The position numbers and the translations under genes are program-made. DNA of 64,000 nucleotides from Octopus vulgaris (taxonomy: Eukaryota). A model generated the notes under the pieces. It had not been told where the DNA came from. It did no database searches and saw only the letters and a program-made list of their open reading frames with translations. The stretch is taken from contig OX597820.1 in the NCBI GenBank assembly GCA_951406725.2, forward strand, positions 70,866,001 to 70,930,000. The letters are read 5' to 3'. Shown here piece by piece: positions 39,309-52,881 of the stretch; the stretch's first letter is position 1; every line of letters begins with the position of its first letter.

Positions 39309-40836
39309 TCCCCCGTAACCACTTGACAAATGGTATTGGTGTGTTTGCATCCCTGTATATTAACAGTTCAGCAAAAGAGACTGATAGAATAAGTACTAGG
39401 CTTAAAAAATAAGTCCTAGGGTCAATTTGTTTGGCTAAAACCCCTCGAGGTGATGCCCCAGCATGGCCACAGTCAAATAACTGGAACAAGTAGAAGAATA
39501 AAAGAATATATATGTCTATGTACACATCATCATCATCATTTAACATCTACTTTCCATGATGGCATGGGTTGGACAGTTTGAGTAAGGTCTGGAAAGCCAG
39601 GAGGTTGCACCAGGCTCCAATCTGATGTGGCAAAGTTTCTACAGTTGGATGCCCTTCCTAACACTAATCACTCTGAGAGTGTAGTGGGTGCTTTTTACGT
39701 GCCACCGGCATGGGAGCCAGTCAGATGGCACTGGCATCAACCATGCTCGAATGGTGCTTTTTACATGCCAATATATATATATTTGTTTTTTTTTCCAGTT
39801 TCAGCTCTTGAGCTGTGGCCATGCTGGGGCACCGCCATTGTGGTGAAAGAGTACAGCAGGGATCACCACCCCCTGCCGGAGCCTCGTAGAGCTTTTAGGT
39901 GTTTTCGCTCAATAAACACACACAACGCCCGGTCTGAGAATCGAAACCGCGATCCTGCGACCGCGAGTCCGCTGCCCTAACCACTAGGCCATTGCGCCTC
40001 TATATATATACTCTTTTACTCTTTTACTTGTTTCAGTCATTTGACTGCGGCCATGCTGAAGCACTGCCTTTAGTCGTGCTAATTGACCCCGGGACTTATT
40101 CTTTGTAAGCCCAGTACTTATTCTATCGGTCTTTTTTGCCGAACCACTAAGTGATGGGGACGTAAACACACCAGCATTGGTTGTCAAGCAATGCTAGGGG
40201 GACAAACACAGACTCACTAACACATACACACACACATATATGTATATACATATATACGACAGGCTTCTTTCAGTTTCCGTCTACCAAATCGACTCACAAG
40301 GCATTGGTCGGCCCGGGGCTATAGCAGAAGACACTTGCCCAAGATGCCACGCAGTGGGACTGAACCTGGAACCATGTGGTTGGTTAGCAAACTACTTACT
40401 ACACAGCCACTCCTGCGCCTATCATCATCATCATCATCATCATTATCATTTAACGTCTGTTTTCCATGCTGGCATGGGTTGGATGGTTTGACTGTGGTCT
40501 GGAAAGCCAGTGGCTGCACCAGGCTCCAATAGAAATAAGAGCTAAAATGCTTGAAATGTAGGTGTTTCTATCACCCTAGTCACATTTGGTGAGAATTATA
40601 ATAATCCTTTTTGGTGAAGCATTGCAAACTGCTGTTTATAAATCCCTGTTACTTAGCAGTTCGGCAAAAAAAGACTGATAGAATAAATGCTAGGCTTACA
40701 AAGAATAAGTCCTGAGGTTAATTTGTGTGAATAAAGGCAATACTCCAGCATAGCCACAGTCAAATGACTGAAACAAGTTAAAGAATAAAAGAATATATAT
40801 ATATTTACATGCATGTGTGTATATGTATGTACATAC

Positions 40837-40867
<31 letters not shown>

Positions 40868-40963
40868 CATTTATATGCATGTATGTCTGTAAGTTGTATT
40901 TATATTGACACAACAGATGTGATATTTTCCAAATTATTTTATAATTTTCCTCTTTGAATATAG

Positions 40964-41187
40964 CTTGAAGAAGAAATTGCTGAGTTAGAAAATGACATTC
41001 GTGAACTGAATCTTGCAATTGCTAATAAAAGAGGTCCCATGAAACTAGCACAGACGCGCCTCGAGAACCGTACATGTCGTCCTAGTGTAGAACTGTGTAG
41101 AGATGCCCCGCAGTATGGTCTCACTGATGAAGTGAAGCAGCTTGAAGCTACAATTGCAGCTCTTGAAGAAAAACTGAAGCAATCTCA
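40964..41187 (+). CDS. TEKT2: Tektin-2 coding exon 4 containing the tektin nonapeptide (absent from ORF track)
   Basis: atatag|LEEEIAELENDIRELNLAIANKRGPMKLAQTRLENRTCRPSVELCRDAPQYGLTDEVKQLEATIAALEEKLKQS+CA|gtaagt; phase 0 in, 2 out. Confidence 0.95.
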
Positions 41188-41794
41188 GTAAGTATTTTCT
41201 GATGAAATATAAATATTATGAAAAAAGGATTAAGGCAGTGACCTGGCAGAATTGCTAGTGTGCCGGACAAAATGCTTAGCGGTATTTCGTCTGCCGCTAC
41301 GTTCTGAGTTCAAATTCCGCCAAGGTCGACTTTGCCTTTCATCCTTTCGGGGTCGATAAATTAAGTACCTGTTGTGTGCTGGGGTCAATATAATCGACTT
41401 AATCTGTTTGTCCCCTCTGTGTTTAGCCCCTTGTGGGTAGTAAAGAAATTGGTATTTCACTTGTCGCTATGTTTTGAGTTCAAATTCTGCCAAGGTCAAT
41501 TTTGCTTTTCATCCTTTCGAGGTCAACAAAATAAGCAGCAGCTGAACACTGGATGTCATTGAAATTGACTCATTCCCTCCCCCAAAATTGTTGCCCTTGT
41601 GGCAAAATTTGAAACCATTATGAAGAAATTATCATCTCCCTTGAAATAACTGTGACCACAAGGAGACCATGAAGTTTAATTTTGTAATGTCTAAAATTAT
41701 TAATGGTGTTTTTGTATATGACCATTCTCTATATATTTGAAATCCCTCTATATATTTTGAGTATAAAATTTGTTTTTATAAGGAAAAGTTAAAC

Positions 41795-41944
41795 AGGCGT
41801 AAGTGTGGTTGTGTGGTAAGTAGCTTGCTTACCAACCACATGGTTCTGGGTTTAGTCCCACTGTGTGGCACCTTGGGCAAGTGTCTTCTACGATAGCCTC
41901 GGAAATAGTAGATGGAAACTGAAAGAAGCCCGTCGTATATATGC

Positions 41945-41976
<32 letters not shown>

Positions 41977-42193
41977 ATGTGTGTGTATGTTTGTGTGTCT
42001 GTGTTTGTCCTCCCAACATCGCTTGACAACCGATACTGGTGTGTTTACATTCCTGTAACTTAGCAGTTCAGCAAAAGAGACCAATAGAATAAGTACTAGG
42101 CTTACAAAGAATAAGTCCTGGGGGTCGATTTGCTCAACAAAAGGCGGTGCTCCAGCATGACCACTGTCAAATGACTAGAACAAGTAAAAGAGT
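41795..42193 (+). mobile_element. SINE A (internally deleted copy)
   Basis: Same head/tail as 2348-2768; further diverged copies 8400-8820(-), 25500-25800(+), 39103-39505(+), 50902-51275(+), 61995-62720(+). Confidence 0.85.
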
Positions 42194-45100
42194 ATATATA
42201 TATATCATCATCATTGTCCTCATTTAACATCCGCCTTCCATGCTGGTATAGGTTGGACTTTATACTCATGCCGACATGAAACACAAATGACAAATGATAA
42301 ATATTGGTGATGATGATGATGATGATGATATATAGATAGTATTAGAACTTTCTGCAGAATGTCAGAATTGAAAGAACAGAGCTCTATATTAGTCAATAGA
42401 GCTGAATGTGATGATCAATGTAGTCTACCAGCTCAGGAGTACCTAAGGTTTTGAGATCTATATTTGTTGGCAATTATTCAATGCCTTACACTCTCATCAG
42501 TCCTATATATGAAGGCAATTATATGTGTGTGTGTGAATGTGTGCATATATGTATGTGTCTCTGAGTGTGTGTGTGTGTCCGTGCATGTGTGTAGTAATAA
42601 TGGTTGCTGGAATAAATTGCATTGAATAAATTGCATTGAAGCTTTTTATGAGTGCACTTAAAAGCAAACTTAAAGGTTATATGTACATATGTATGTATGT
42701 GAGTGTATATGTATGTATATGTGTGTGTGTGTGCTTATGTTGGCCCATGCTAGTGGGTGTGACCAGCCCATTTATGAGTACCCCTCATTCATAAATAAAC
42801 CTTGCTTGCGAAGACCTGTTGAGGCAAGTGAAATCAAAATCAAAATCGCTGACGTGACCGATGACAGTACCGCCTGATTGATTCTTGTGTCAGAGGAACA
42901 TTAAAAGCACCATCCGTGTGTGATAGTTGCCAGGCCTGCTGATTGGCTCTCATGCTAGTGGCATGTAAAAAGCACCATTCGAGCATGATCGTTGCCAGCG
43001 TCACCTTACTGGCATATGTGCTGGTGGCACGTGAAAAACATTGCCAGTGCTGCTGGACTGGCTCCCGTGCAGGTAGCATGTAAAAAAAACCCTTTTGAGC
43101 ATGGTCATTGCCAGAACCACCTGACTGGCCCTCGTGCTGGTGTCACGTAAAAGCACCCACTACACTCTCAGAGTGGTTGGCATTAGGAAGATCATGATGA
43201 TGATGATGATGATGATGTGTGTGTGTGTGCTTGTGTGTATATATGTATGTCACACACAAGAAACATATACACATCATAAACACACATACATACGCACACA
43301 TTTATACATATGCATACATAAATAAATACTTATATTCATTGAATTCAACGCATTAAATTAATATTTTTATGAGAATTAGTAATGATGTAGTTTTTACATT
43401 TTCAAATTCATGTTTATTGGTTTTAGACAAAGTAGACAGGCACTAATCTGACGGCACAGCCATAATTATTTTAACATCAACAATTTCTACAACAGCCACC
43501 AAACATTATCATTACCATTTGCATAGAAATAATGCCGTTGAAAAGTAAGGAATCCTTGGAAGTCATTGAGGCTCTTAATTTTATCGTATTGTTTCTTGTT
43601 GAGGTGTTACAGTGCGAAACGTAAGATAACAAATTATTGATTTGCTTTTGTAAGTACAGAGACATCATCAATATCGCCACCATGACCCACCACCCGCTAT
43701 CATCACCAACGTCACTACCACCACCACCACCACCACCACCACCACCATCATCACCACTACCATCACTACCACTGCCACCGCCACCACCATCATCACCACA
43801 ACACTACCACTACCATCGCCACCACCACCACCGTCATCATCATCATCATCATTATCACTACAATCACTACCACCACCACCATCACATCACAACTATCAAT
43901 ATCACCACCATGACCACCATCAACGTTGTTATCATCATGATCATCATTACCACAACTACCACCACCACCATCACCATCACAACCACTACATCACCACCAT
44001 CATCATTATCATTTTAACACTTTCTAATGCTTATGTGATCAAGTGGGATAGTAATTTCCCAGTCTATCGAAGAACAATCAATCCAGACATGGTCACATGG
44101 AGAACTGGGAACAAGTTACACCTTTTAAATGAGCCATTTGTTTACAAACATCATGTGATGCGTCAAGCCACTTCAAGAAGCTGAGACATGCTTTTGCAGT
44201 GGACTGCAAGCAAATGACAATGTCTGACACCATTGGTGAGGCCATTGTTCACAATCAGTGAGCACAAGATGAGAGGAAATACAAGCTCACACAAACACAT
44301 GTATATGTGCATGCACACATCCCATACACACGCACACACATGCACACACACACACGCACATACAACTGTCATTTTTCAGTTTCCATCTTTTTCACTTGGT
44401 AGGCTTTGGTCAGCCCAGGGCAGCTACAGGATGACACTTGCCTAAGGTGCTGCACAGTGGGACTGAACCAGAAACCCTATAGTTTGGAAACAAACTTTTT
44501 AACCGCATAACCATGACTGCACTCAACGCAGTTAAAAATATAAAATGTTACGACCATCATGGATAAGTTGCTGACTTTCTACAAAGATCAATTCAGACCA
44601 ATACCAGAACACTGTTCAGATTCCTGGAAGAATGCTGTTGTATGCACAAACACTTGAAAGAGAAACTAAAAGTAAATCACCTGATTGGAGAGCAATAAGT
44701 CACCTAGAATCACACTATCACCACTGGTACAAAGAAATACAAGTTCTATCATCATCATCATCAACATCATCGTCATCATTTAATGTTTGTGTTCCATGCT
44801 AGCATAGGTGAGATGGTACCACAAGAGCCGTCCGTGCCAAAGCGTGCACCAGACTTCTGTGATTGTTTTGGCAGGATTTTTACAGCTGGATACCCTTCCT
44901 AACACCAACCATTCGGCAGAGTGGACTTATGTGTTACAAGCACAGACGAAGTCAGTTTTAGCAAGGTTTTTACAGCTGGATGCCCTTCCAAACACCAACC
45001 ACTTTACAGTGTGGACTGGATGCTATGACAATTACCTGTGCTGCTCAACACTAGCAAACAGATTACCATTTCTGCTTCAGACCATCTGATGTACTTATCC

Positions 45101-48100
45101 CTTCTACTTAATCCTCCTTTTATCCCTTCCCCGTCAACCCTGTGCTAAGCAATTTCCAAAACCTTTCAACTCTGAGCTGGTTTCCTCTGGAATTCCTTTC
45201 CTTGATCATATGGTTTTCTGAAAGGGAATTTGATCCATAGATATGTGATTTCTAAATATTGTAAATACTGATTTCAAATTTTGACACAGGGCCAGTAATT
45301 TCGGGGTAAAAGGGTAAATCAATTACATTGACCTCAATGTTCAACTGGTACTTATACTGTTGACTCCAAAAGGATAAAAAGCAAAGTCGACCTTGGAAGA
45401 ATTTGAACTCAGAATATAAAGACTAAATGCTGCTGAGCATTTTGTCCAATGGGATAATGATTCTGCAAGCTCACTGACTTAAATATTGTAAACTATTGTC
45501 ATCCTCATCGTTGGACGGTTAGCCTGGGGACTGGCAAGCTGGGAGGCTGCACTAGGCTCTAATCTGATTTGGCAAGGTTTCTACAGCTGGATGCCCTTCC
45601 TAACGCCAACCACTCCAAGAGTATAGTGGATGCTTTGTACATGCCACCAGCATGGGAGCCAGTCAGGCAGCTGTGGCATCGACCACACATGAACGGTGCT
45701 TTTTACATGCTACAGGCATGGGGGGAGCCAGTCAGGCAGCACTGGCATCAGTCATGCTCGAATGGTGCTTTTTACATGCCACTGGCATGGGTGCCAGTCA
45801 GGTGGCACTGGCATCGGCCATGGCTATGCTTTCACTTGGTTTAACAGATCTTTACAAGCACTGCATATTGCCCGACGATTGAAGGGTGCTTTTAAATGGG
45901 CCAGTTATGCGACACTGGCATCGGCCACAGCTATGACCTCACTTGGCTTGCTGGGTCTTCTTAAGCACAGCATACCTCCAAAGGTCTTCGTCACTTGTCA
46001 TTGCCCCTGTAAATTTCTGAATTTAAAATTCAATGCAGCCAATAGAAAAAACCTAAAAGCTGTATCTTGTATGATAGCTTTGTTTTACAACTTAATCTGT
46101 CTTTTGCGATTGTAATTCACCTGGCTATTATTATTTTTTCATGATGATGTTCTTCATCATTATCATTTAACATCTACTTTTCTATGTTTGCTTGGGTCAG
46201 ATATAATTTATTGAGGAAGATTTTCTATGATTGGATAACTTTTGTGATGTAAACCCTCACCTGTTTCCAGGCAAGGTAATAATTCCACACGACCAGACAT
46301 ATGTTTTATGGAAAACTACGAATGAACATCATTGCTTGTATTGTACTGATGGATGTTTACAACCATGAAGCCATGCATACACACACACCTACACACACAC
46401 ACAATATGTGACATGCTCTTTTCAGTTTCCATCTACCAAATTCACTCACAAGGCTTTTGTCAGACTGGGGCTGTAGTTGAAAACGCCTGCCCCAAGGGGC
46501 TGCACAATGGGATTGAACCTGAGACCACATTGTTGAGAAGTTACATTTCAACCCCACAGCCACGCCTATACCTTAAGCAATTTGACTTAAGAAATGTATG
46601 TTATTCTGATGGAGGGATTACAGCCTGAATGCAATATGCTACATTCAAGAAACTGAAGTATTTGAATCAATAATGTTGTTTATCTATTTTTACCCCTTAT
46701 TTTTAATTCGATTTCCATCTTCCAAAACTTTCTAATATTTCCTTAACCCTAAAGAGCACTTAAATCAGCCATATCAGGCACAAATATTCTACCAGTTTTA
46801 TGTTCAAACAGGCCAGATCTGGCCTTTCACACTTATTCTACAAAGCCATTCTAAAAATAAACCACCACATCATTGAAATCTCAGTGGTACAAGATAATGC
46901 ATGATCAACTCAAAACAATGTGAATAATTTAGGCATCATATTTGATGTTAGGAAGGGCACCCGACTGTAAAAATCCTACCAAAACTGTCACAGAAGTCTG
47001 GTGCAGGCTTCTGCCTGGCTGGCTCCTGTCAAACTATCCACCCATGCCAGCATGGAAGGCGGACATTAAACGGTGAGGCTGATGATGATGATTTGAATGC
47101 TAATGGGTGAAAATGATTCATTAATAAGTTCATAACTAAGCTAGTAATGAACTTATGACATGTCTGTCGGCAGTGACACACTGTGGATTTTTAGATGACA
47201 ACTAATGGATCCTGAAAACAAGTCTCTCTACAGTATCATGTTATGAAACACAAGTATTTACCTAAAACATGTAGGAGTGGCTGTGTGGTAAGTAGCTTCC
47301 TTACCAACCACATGGTTCCGGGTTCAGTCCCACTGCGCGGCATCTTGGCCAAGTGTCTTCTGCTATAGCCCCGGGCCGACCAATGCCTTGTGAGTGGATT
47401 TGGTAGACGGAAACTGAAAGAAGCCTGTCGTATATATGTATATATATATAAGTGTGTGTGTCTGTGTTTGTCCCCCTAACATTGCTTGACAACCGATGCT
47501 GGTGTGTTTACATCCCCGTCACTTAGCGGTTCGGCAAAAGAGACCGATAGAATAAGTACTGGGCTTACAAAGAATAAGTCCCAGGGTCGATTTGCTCGAC
47601 TAAAGGCGGTGCTCCAGCATGGCCGCAGTCAAATGACTGAAACAAGTAAAAGAGTAAAAGAGTATATGTATATATACATGTTATATCTACTCATACCTAG
47701 ACTGTGCCCTTGAGCAAGGCTCCTTGTTTCATGTTGCTCCAGTTTACTCAGCTGTAATGTATAGCAACCAGTGTGCTTGGGCAGCCCTCACTCCCTCCAC
47801 CTGTCACATCTTGGACGTCCCACTAGGTCAATGATAAAATGCTGAGAATGTGTCTGTGTCTGCATGTGACCACATGGGCACTTGAAACAACTACCGAATG
47901 CATTGTACATGTTACCAAACCACATTCACTCATGAACGATGGCTGGTTCTACTGTTTAGAATTTTCATAAAATAATACTGCTGAAAGATTGTTTTTTCTT
48001 TTTAGTCAAAGTCCATTGGGTATTATATGAAAACACATGGCTTGTCACTGCTGACACACATTATGGATTTGCCATCACTGACTTATTACATTGATATATA

Positions 48101-48114
48101 TATATGTATATATA

Positions 48115-48199
<85 letters not shown>

Positions 48200-48621
48200 T
48201 ACACTCGCGGAGTGGTTGGCGTTAGGAAGGGCATCCAGCTGTAGAAGCACTGCCAGATCAGACTGGAGCCTGGTGCAGCCCCTGGCTTCCCAGACCCCGG
48301 TCGAACTGTTCAACCCATGCTAGCGCGGAAAACGGATGTTAAACGATGATGATGATGATGATGATGATATATATATATATATATATATACATTATATATA
48401 TATACTCTTTTACTCTTTTACTTGTTTCAGTCATTTGACTGCGGCCATGCTGGAGCACCGCCTTTAGTCAAGCAACTCGACCCCGGGACTTATTCTTTGT
48501 AAGCCCAGTACTTATTCTATCGGTCTCTTTTGCCGAACCGCTAAGTGACGGGGACATAAACACACCAGCATCGGTTGTCAAGCAATGCTAGGGGACAAAC
48601 ACAGACACACAAACACACACG

Positions 48622-48653
<32 letters not shown>

Positions 48654-49219
48654 CATATATACGACGAGCTTCTTTCAGGTTCCGTCTACCAAATCCACTC
48701 ACAAGGCTTTGGTCGACCCGAGGCTATAGTAGAAAACACTTGCCCAAGGTGCCACGCAGTGGGACTGAACTCGGTGCCATGTGGTTGGTAAACAAGCTAC
48801 TTACCACACAGCTACTCCTGCGCCTCAATGTGTAGGTGTGTCTTTGTGTCTGTGTTAGTCCTCTCACCACCACCACTTGGCAGTTGGTGTTGGTGTGTTT
48901 ATATCCCTGTAACTGAGCAGTTTAGGAAAGTGAGACTGATAGAATAGCTACCAGGCTTAATAATATATGTAGTGATATCGATTTGTTCAACTAAAAACAA
49001 TTCAACGTGGTGCCCCAGCATAGCCTCAGTTTATGATAACAGATGATATCACACAAATTTCCAGCTTCAAAAGTGAAGATAACATAGAAATTTGTTAAGG
49101 TGACCACTTATTAAATATGCTGGCTGGACAATTGGTTGCATCACTATCTCTTTACTAATGCTGCACTGTGTCTATAGTCAAAACCGTTGACCTTTCAGTC
49201 CAGGGAATAAGGATCTGTG

Positions 49220-49625
49220 TGGCTGCTTGACTTGGTAGAAATAGCAGCAGAATCTCTCTCTCTCTCTCTCCCCCCTCGCTCTCTTCTCAAACTACACCCT
49301 ACCACATTAAAATAGAAAGGACACATTGGTCAATGTAATCCTAGATACACTGTGCCTCTTCCAGCTTTCAGTATTTGCTAATATACCCATAAGGTGAACG
49401 ACAGAGAACTTCTGTGCAGTCACTCGACCTGCTAGAAATAACAGTCGAATCTTCTTCATATCACAGTTTGTCACCTTACAACACAGAAAGGCTACATTCT
49501 ATAATGTAGTCCAAGATACGTTATGCCTAAAAAAAAAGAAAAAAAAGACTGGTTGGTAATGGCTGGTATACCTTTAATCGTAGGTCAGCTCGATCAGGGT
49601 TAACCTAAGACTAAACATTAACCCT
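49220..49625 (+). repeat. Two tandem copies of a short interspersed repeat
   Basis: gctagaaatagcag..aatctc..cacattgg..aatgtagtcctagatac unit; also 1255-1370, 6915-6975, 32435-32635. Confidence 0.65.
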
Positions 49626-50371
49626 ACAATATCCTCGTATAGCTGAATCTATAACATACACATCATTCATAAAAGAGACTCAACTGACTGCTATATGAAC
49701 TAAGTATATAAATCATAGACAAACATTTTGCTAGCATGCAGTGCTAACTTAATATCCTCCCATAGATTTAACTTGGGACGCAATGCAAACTCTAGAATTC
49801 CCAAGATGTTCCAACGAACCTGGGTTTTCTAGAATCCGTTACACGAATTCTAGAATTGTCGCTGTGTTTACGTCTAAAATTCTGTTATCTAGAGTTACTT
49901 CCCTTACACTATGTTATACAATCGATGTCGGTTCTCGCATTCTTTGCTTGTGTTTGCTTATATTACATTGTTGGATCTATTTTGTTTCGTCTACGTTGTT
50001 CACGATATTGGAAAACGCATGAACATCACACAATCTCATTCTTATCCCCGTAACCTTGTATCTTAGAAGTTAATCAGTTTTTTATCTCTTGTATTAAGTT
50101 ATGTTGTATTATATATATGGTCTACCGAGATTCCATGTTAATTTTTAAAAGATTTTGTGTGTGTAGTCTAGAATGGAATTTTAATGTGACAAAAGAAATT
50201 ATGATTTATACACAGAATTATAATCGAAACATAGACACAGAGGTACACACACATGCATACTTGCATACATATATACTGACATATATATCTGATATATATA
50301 TATATATACATACATATAATATGAATATACATATACATGTATGTGTGAGTGTGTACATATATATATATATA

Positions 50372-50769
50372 TCATCATCATCATCATCATCATCATCGTT
50401 TAACGTCCGTTTTCCATGCTAGCATGGGTTGGACGATTCGACCGGGGTCTGGGAAGCCAGGAGGCTGCACCAGGCTCCAGTCTGATCTGGCAGTGTTTCT
50501 ACAGCTGGATGCCCTTCCTAACGCCAACCACTCTATGAATGTAGTTGGTGCTTTTTAATTGCCACCGGCACAGGTGGCAGGGGAGACTGGCAACAGCTAC
50601 GATCGGTTGGTGCTTTTTACGTGCCACCAGTACAGAAGCCAGTCAAGGCGACGCTGGAATTGGCCATGTTTGGATGGTGCTTTTTACGTGCCCCCGGGAT
50701 GGAAGCCAGTCAAAGCGGCACTGGCATCGGCCACATTCAGATGGTACTTCTTACATGCCACCGGCACGA

Positions 50770-50770
<1 letters not shown>
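50372..50770 (-). mobile_element. RTE 3' end with long flanking direct repeat
   Basis: Flanks 50309-50371 and 50821-50880 share catacatataatatgaatat(a/g)catatacatgtatgt..gtgtgtacatatatat. Confidence 0.8.
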
Positions 50771-50815
<45 letters not shown>

Positions 50816-50859
50816 ATAAACATACATATAATATGAATATGCATATACATGTATGTACG

Positions 50860-50902
<43 letters not shown>

Positions 50903-51411
50903 GCGCAGGTGTGGCTGAGTGATAGGAAGCTTGCTTACCAACATAGTACCAGGTTCAGTCCCACTGCATGGCTCCTTGGGCAAATGTCTTCTACTATAGC
51001 CTCAGGCCAACCACAGCCTTGTGAGTGGATTTGGTTGACAGAAACTGAAAGAAAGAAGCACGTTGTGTCTGTGTTTGTCTTCTCACTATCACTTGACAAC
51101 TGATACTGGTGTGTTTACATCCCTGTAACTTACCAGTTCGGCAAAAGAAACCAATAAAATGCAGTGGAGCTGAACATGGTACAAAGAATAAGTCCTGGCG
51201 TTGATTTGTTCGACTAAAGTTGGTGCTCCAGCATGGCCGCAGTCAAATGACTGAAACCAATACAAGAATAAAAGAATATATATATATATGTATGCGCACA
51301 CACACATATATATGTATATGTGTTGCCTCAGCATGGCCACTGTCTGATGACTAAAACAAGTAAAAGATACAAAGATACACTGAGAAAATGAGAAAGGGGG
51401 AGAGAGTGTTT

Positions 51412-51450
<39 letters not shown>

Positions 51451-52370
51451 TCTACGGATGCTGCCTAAACAGGTAAATAAAAAGATCTCAACAGAAGCTA
51501 AACAGCACAACTAAAATATTTTACACACACACACACACACACTCACACAGTAAATGTATATACAAGTGTGTGTGCATTATGTGAATATATGCAATTGGAT
51601 ATGTTTTACATAAGCAATCAGCAAGCAAGTGAAAAAATTTAAGCGTGAATCAGGCTGGAATTGAACTCGAGTCCCTTATCAATCTAAAGGCAACCAAATA
51701 CCGTAGTTGATGCAAATCAACAATTTTTTTAAAATTCTATTTTTACAAATTCCAACAATCAGAATCATTGTTATTTCATATATTCCTCAAGACTGCATTA
51801 CACTAGAATGACCTTGCTGATAAGGTATCACCACAATTTTTAAAATATTTTCTCAAGCCTAAAGGCTGTGAGCTGGCTGAATCATTAACAGGCTGGCCTT
51901 AGTAACATCTTCTGCTTTGACATTTTGAGTTCAAATCCTACCGTGGTCGACTTGGCCCTTCATCCTTTCAGGTTCAATAAAATAAGTACCAATTGAATAC
52001 TGGAATCAATGTAATCAACTTATACCACCCCCTTTCCCTTGTTGCCTTTGTGCTAAAACATTGAATCCAATATTTTCTTGAGCCATAACCCATATATACT
52101 CCTGGTTGCGTTTTTGCAATGCAAAACCTGCTCCTAGATGTGTTGGACATGAACTTACCAGGAAGCATCTGACTGAACATGCGAAATGTTCAGTAGGTAG
52201 TCGACCCCCGTAGCTAACAGTTGCATACTGTCCTTCTCTTACAGATTGTGAAAGCTTACTATAATGTTTAATCTAAATACAGAGAAATTTTAAGACTTCA
52301 TCTTTTTATGGGCATATATAGTTTAAGACTTATAACCCCAGTGACTCAGTTTCCATGGTATGTAAGTGAC

Positions 52371-52595
52371 GAGCTGGCAGAATCGTTAGCACGCCGGGCG
52401 AAATGTGTAGCTGTATTTCGTCTGCCATTACGTTCTGAGTTCAAATTCCGCTGAGGTCGACTTTGCCTTTCATCCTTTCGGGGTCGATAAATTAAGGACC
52501 AGTTACGCACTGGGGTCGATGTAATCGACTTAATACCTATGTCTGTCCTTGTTTGTCCCCTCTATATTTAGCCCCTTGTGGGCAATAAAGAAATA
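52371..52595 (+). mobile_element. SINE C with 14-bp TSD
   Basis: TSD ggtatgtaagtgac at 52357-52370 and 52596-52609. Confidence 0.92.
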
Positions 52596-52819
52596 GGTAT
52601 GTAAGTGACTGAGATCACAACATTCCCCGCTGAGTGGAATGCCAGTCCATTGTTGGATTCAGAGGCAGCAATTCTGAAGTACATGAGTGGTGCTTTATTT
52701 TATCATCTCCAAAGGAATGAAAGGCAAAGTCAACCCCAGCAGTATTTGAACTCAAAACAAAAAGAGCTGGAAAAATGTTGCAAAGCATTATGTCTCAAAT
52801 GCTTATTATAATAATAATG

Positions 52820-52881
<62 letters not shown>

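Noticed and set aside
43427-43451. Possible final tektin exon after ttttag
   Set aside because: Phase-2 reading gives QSRQALI then stop, no tektin C-terminal similarity; candidate at 58938 also unrelated.
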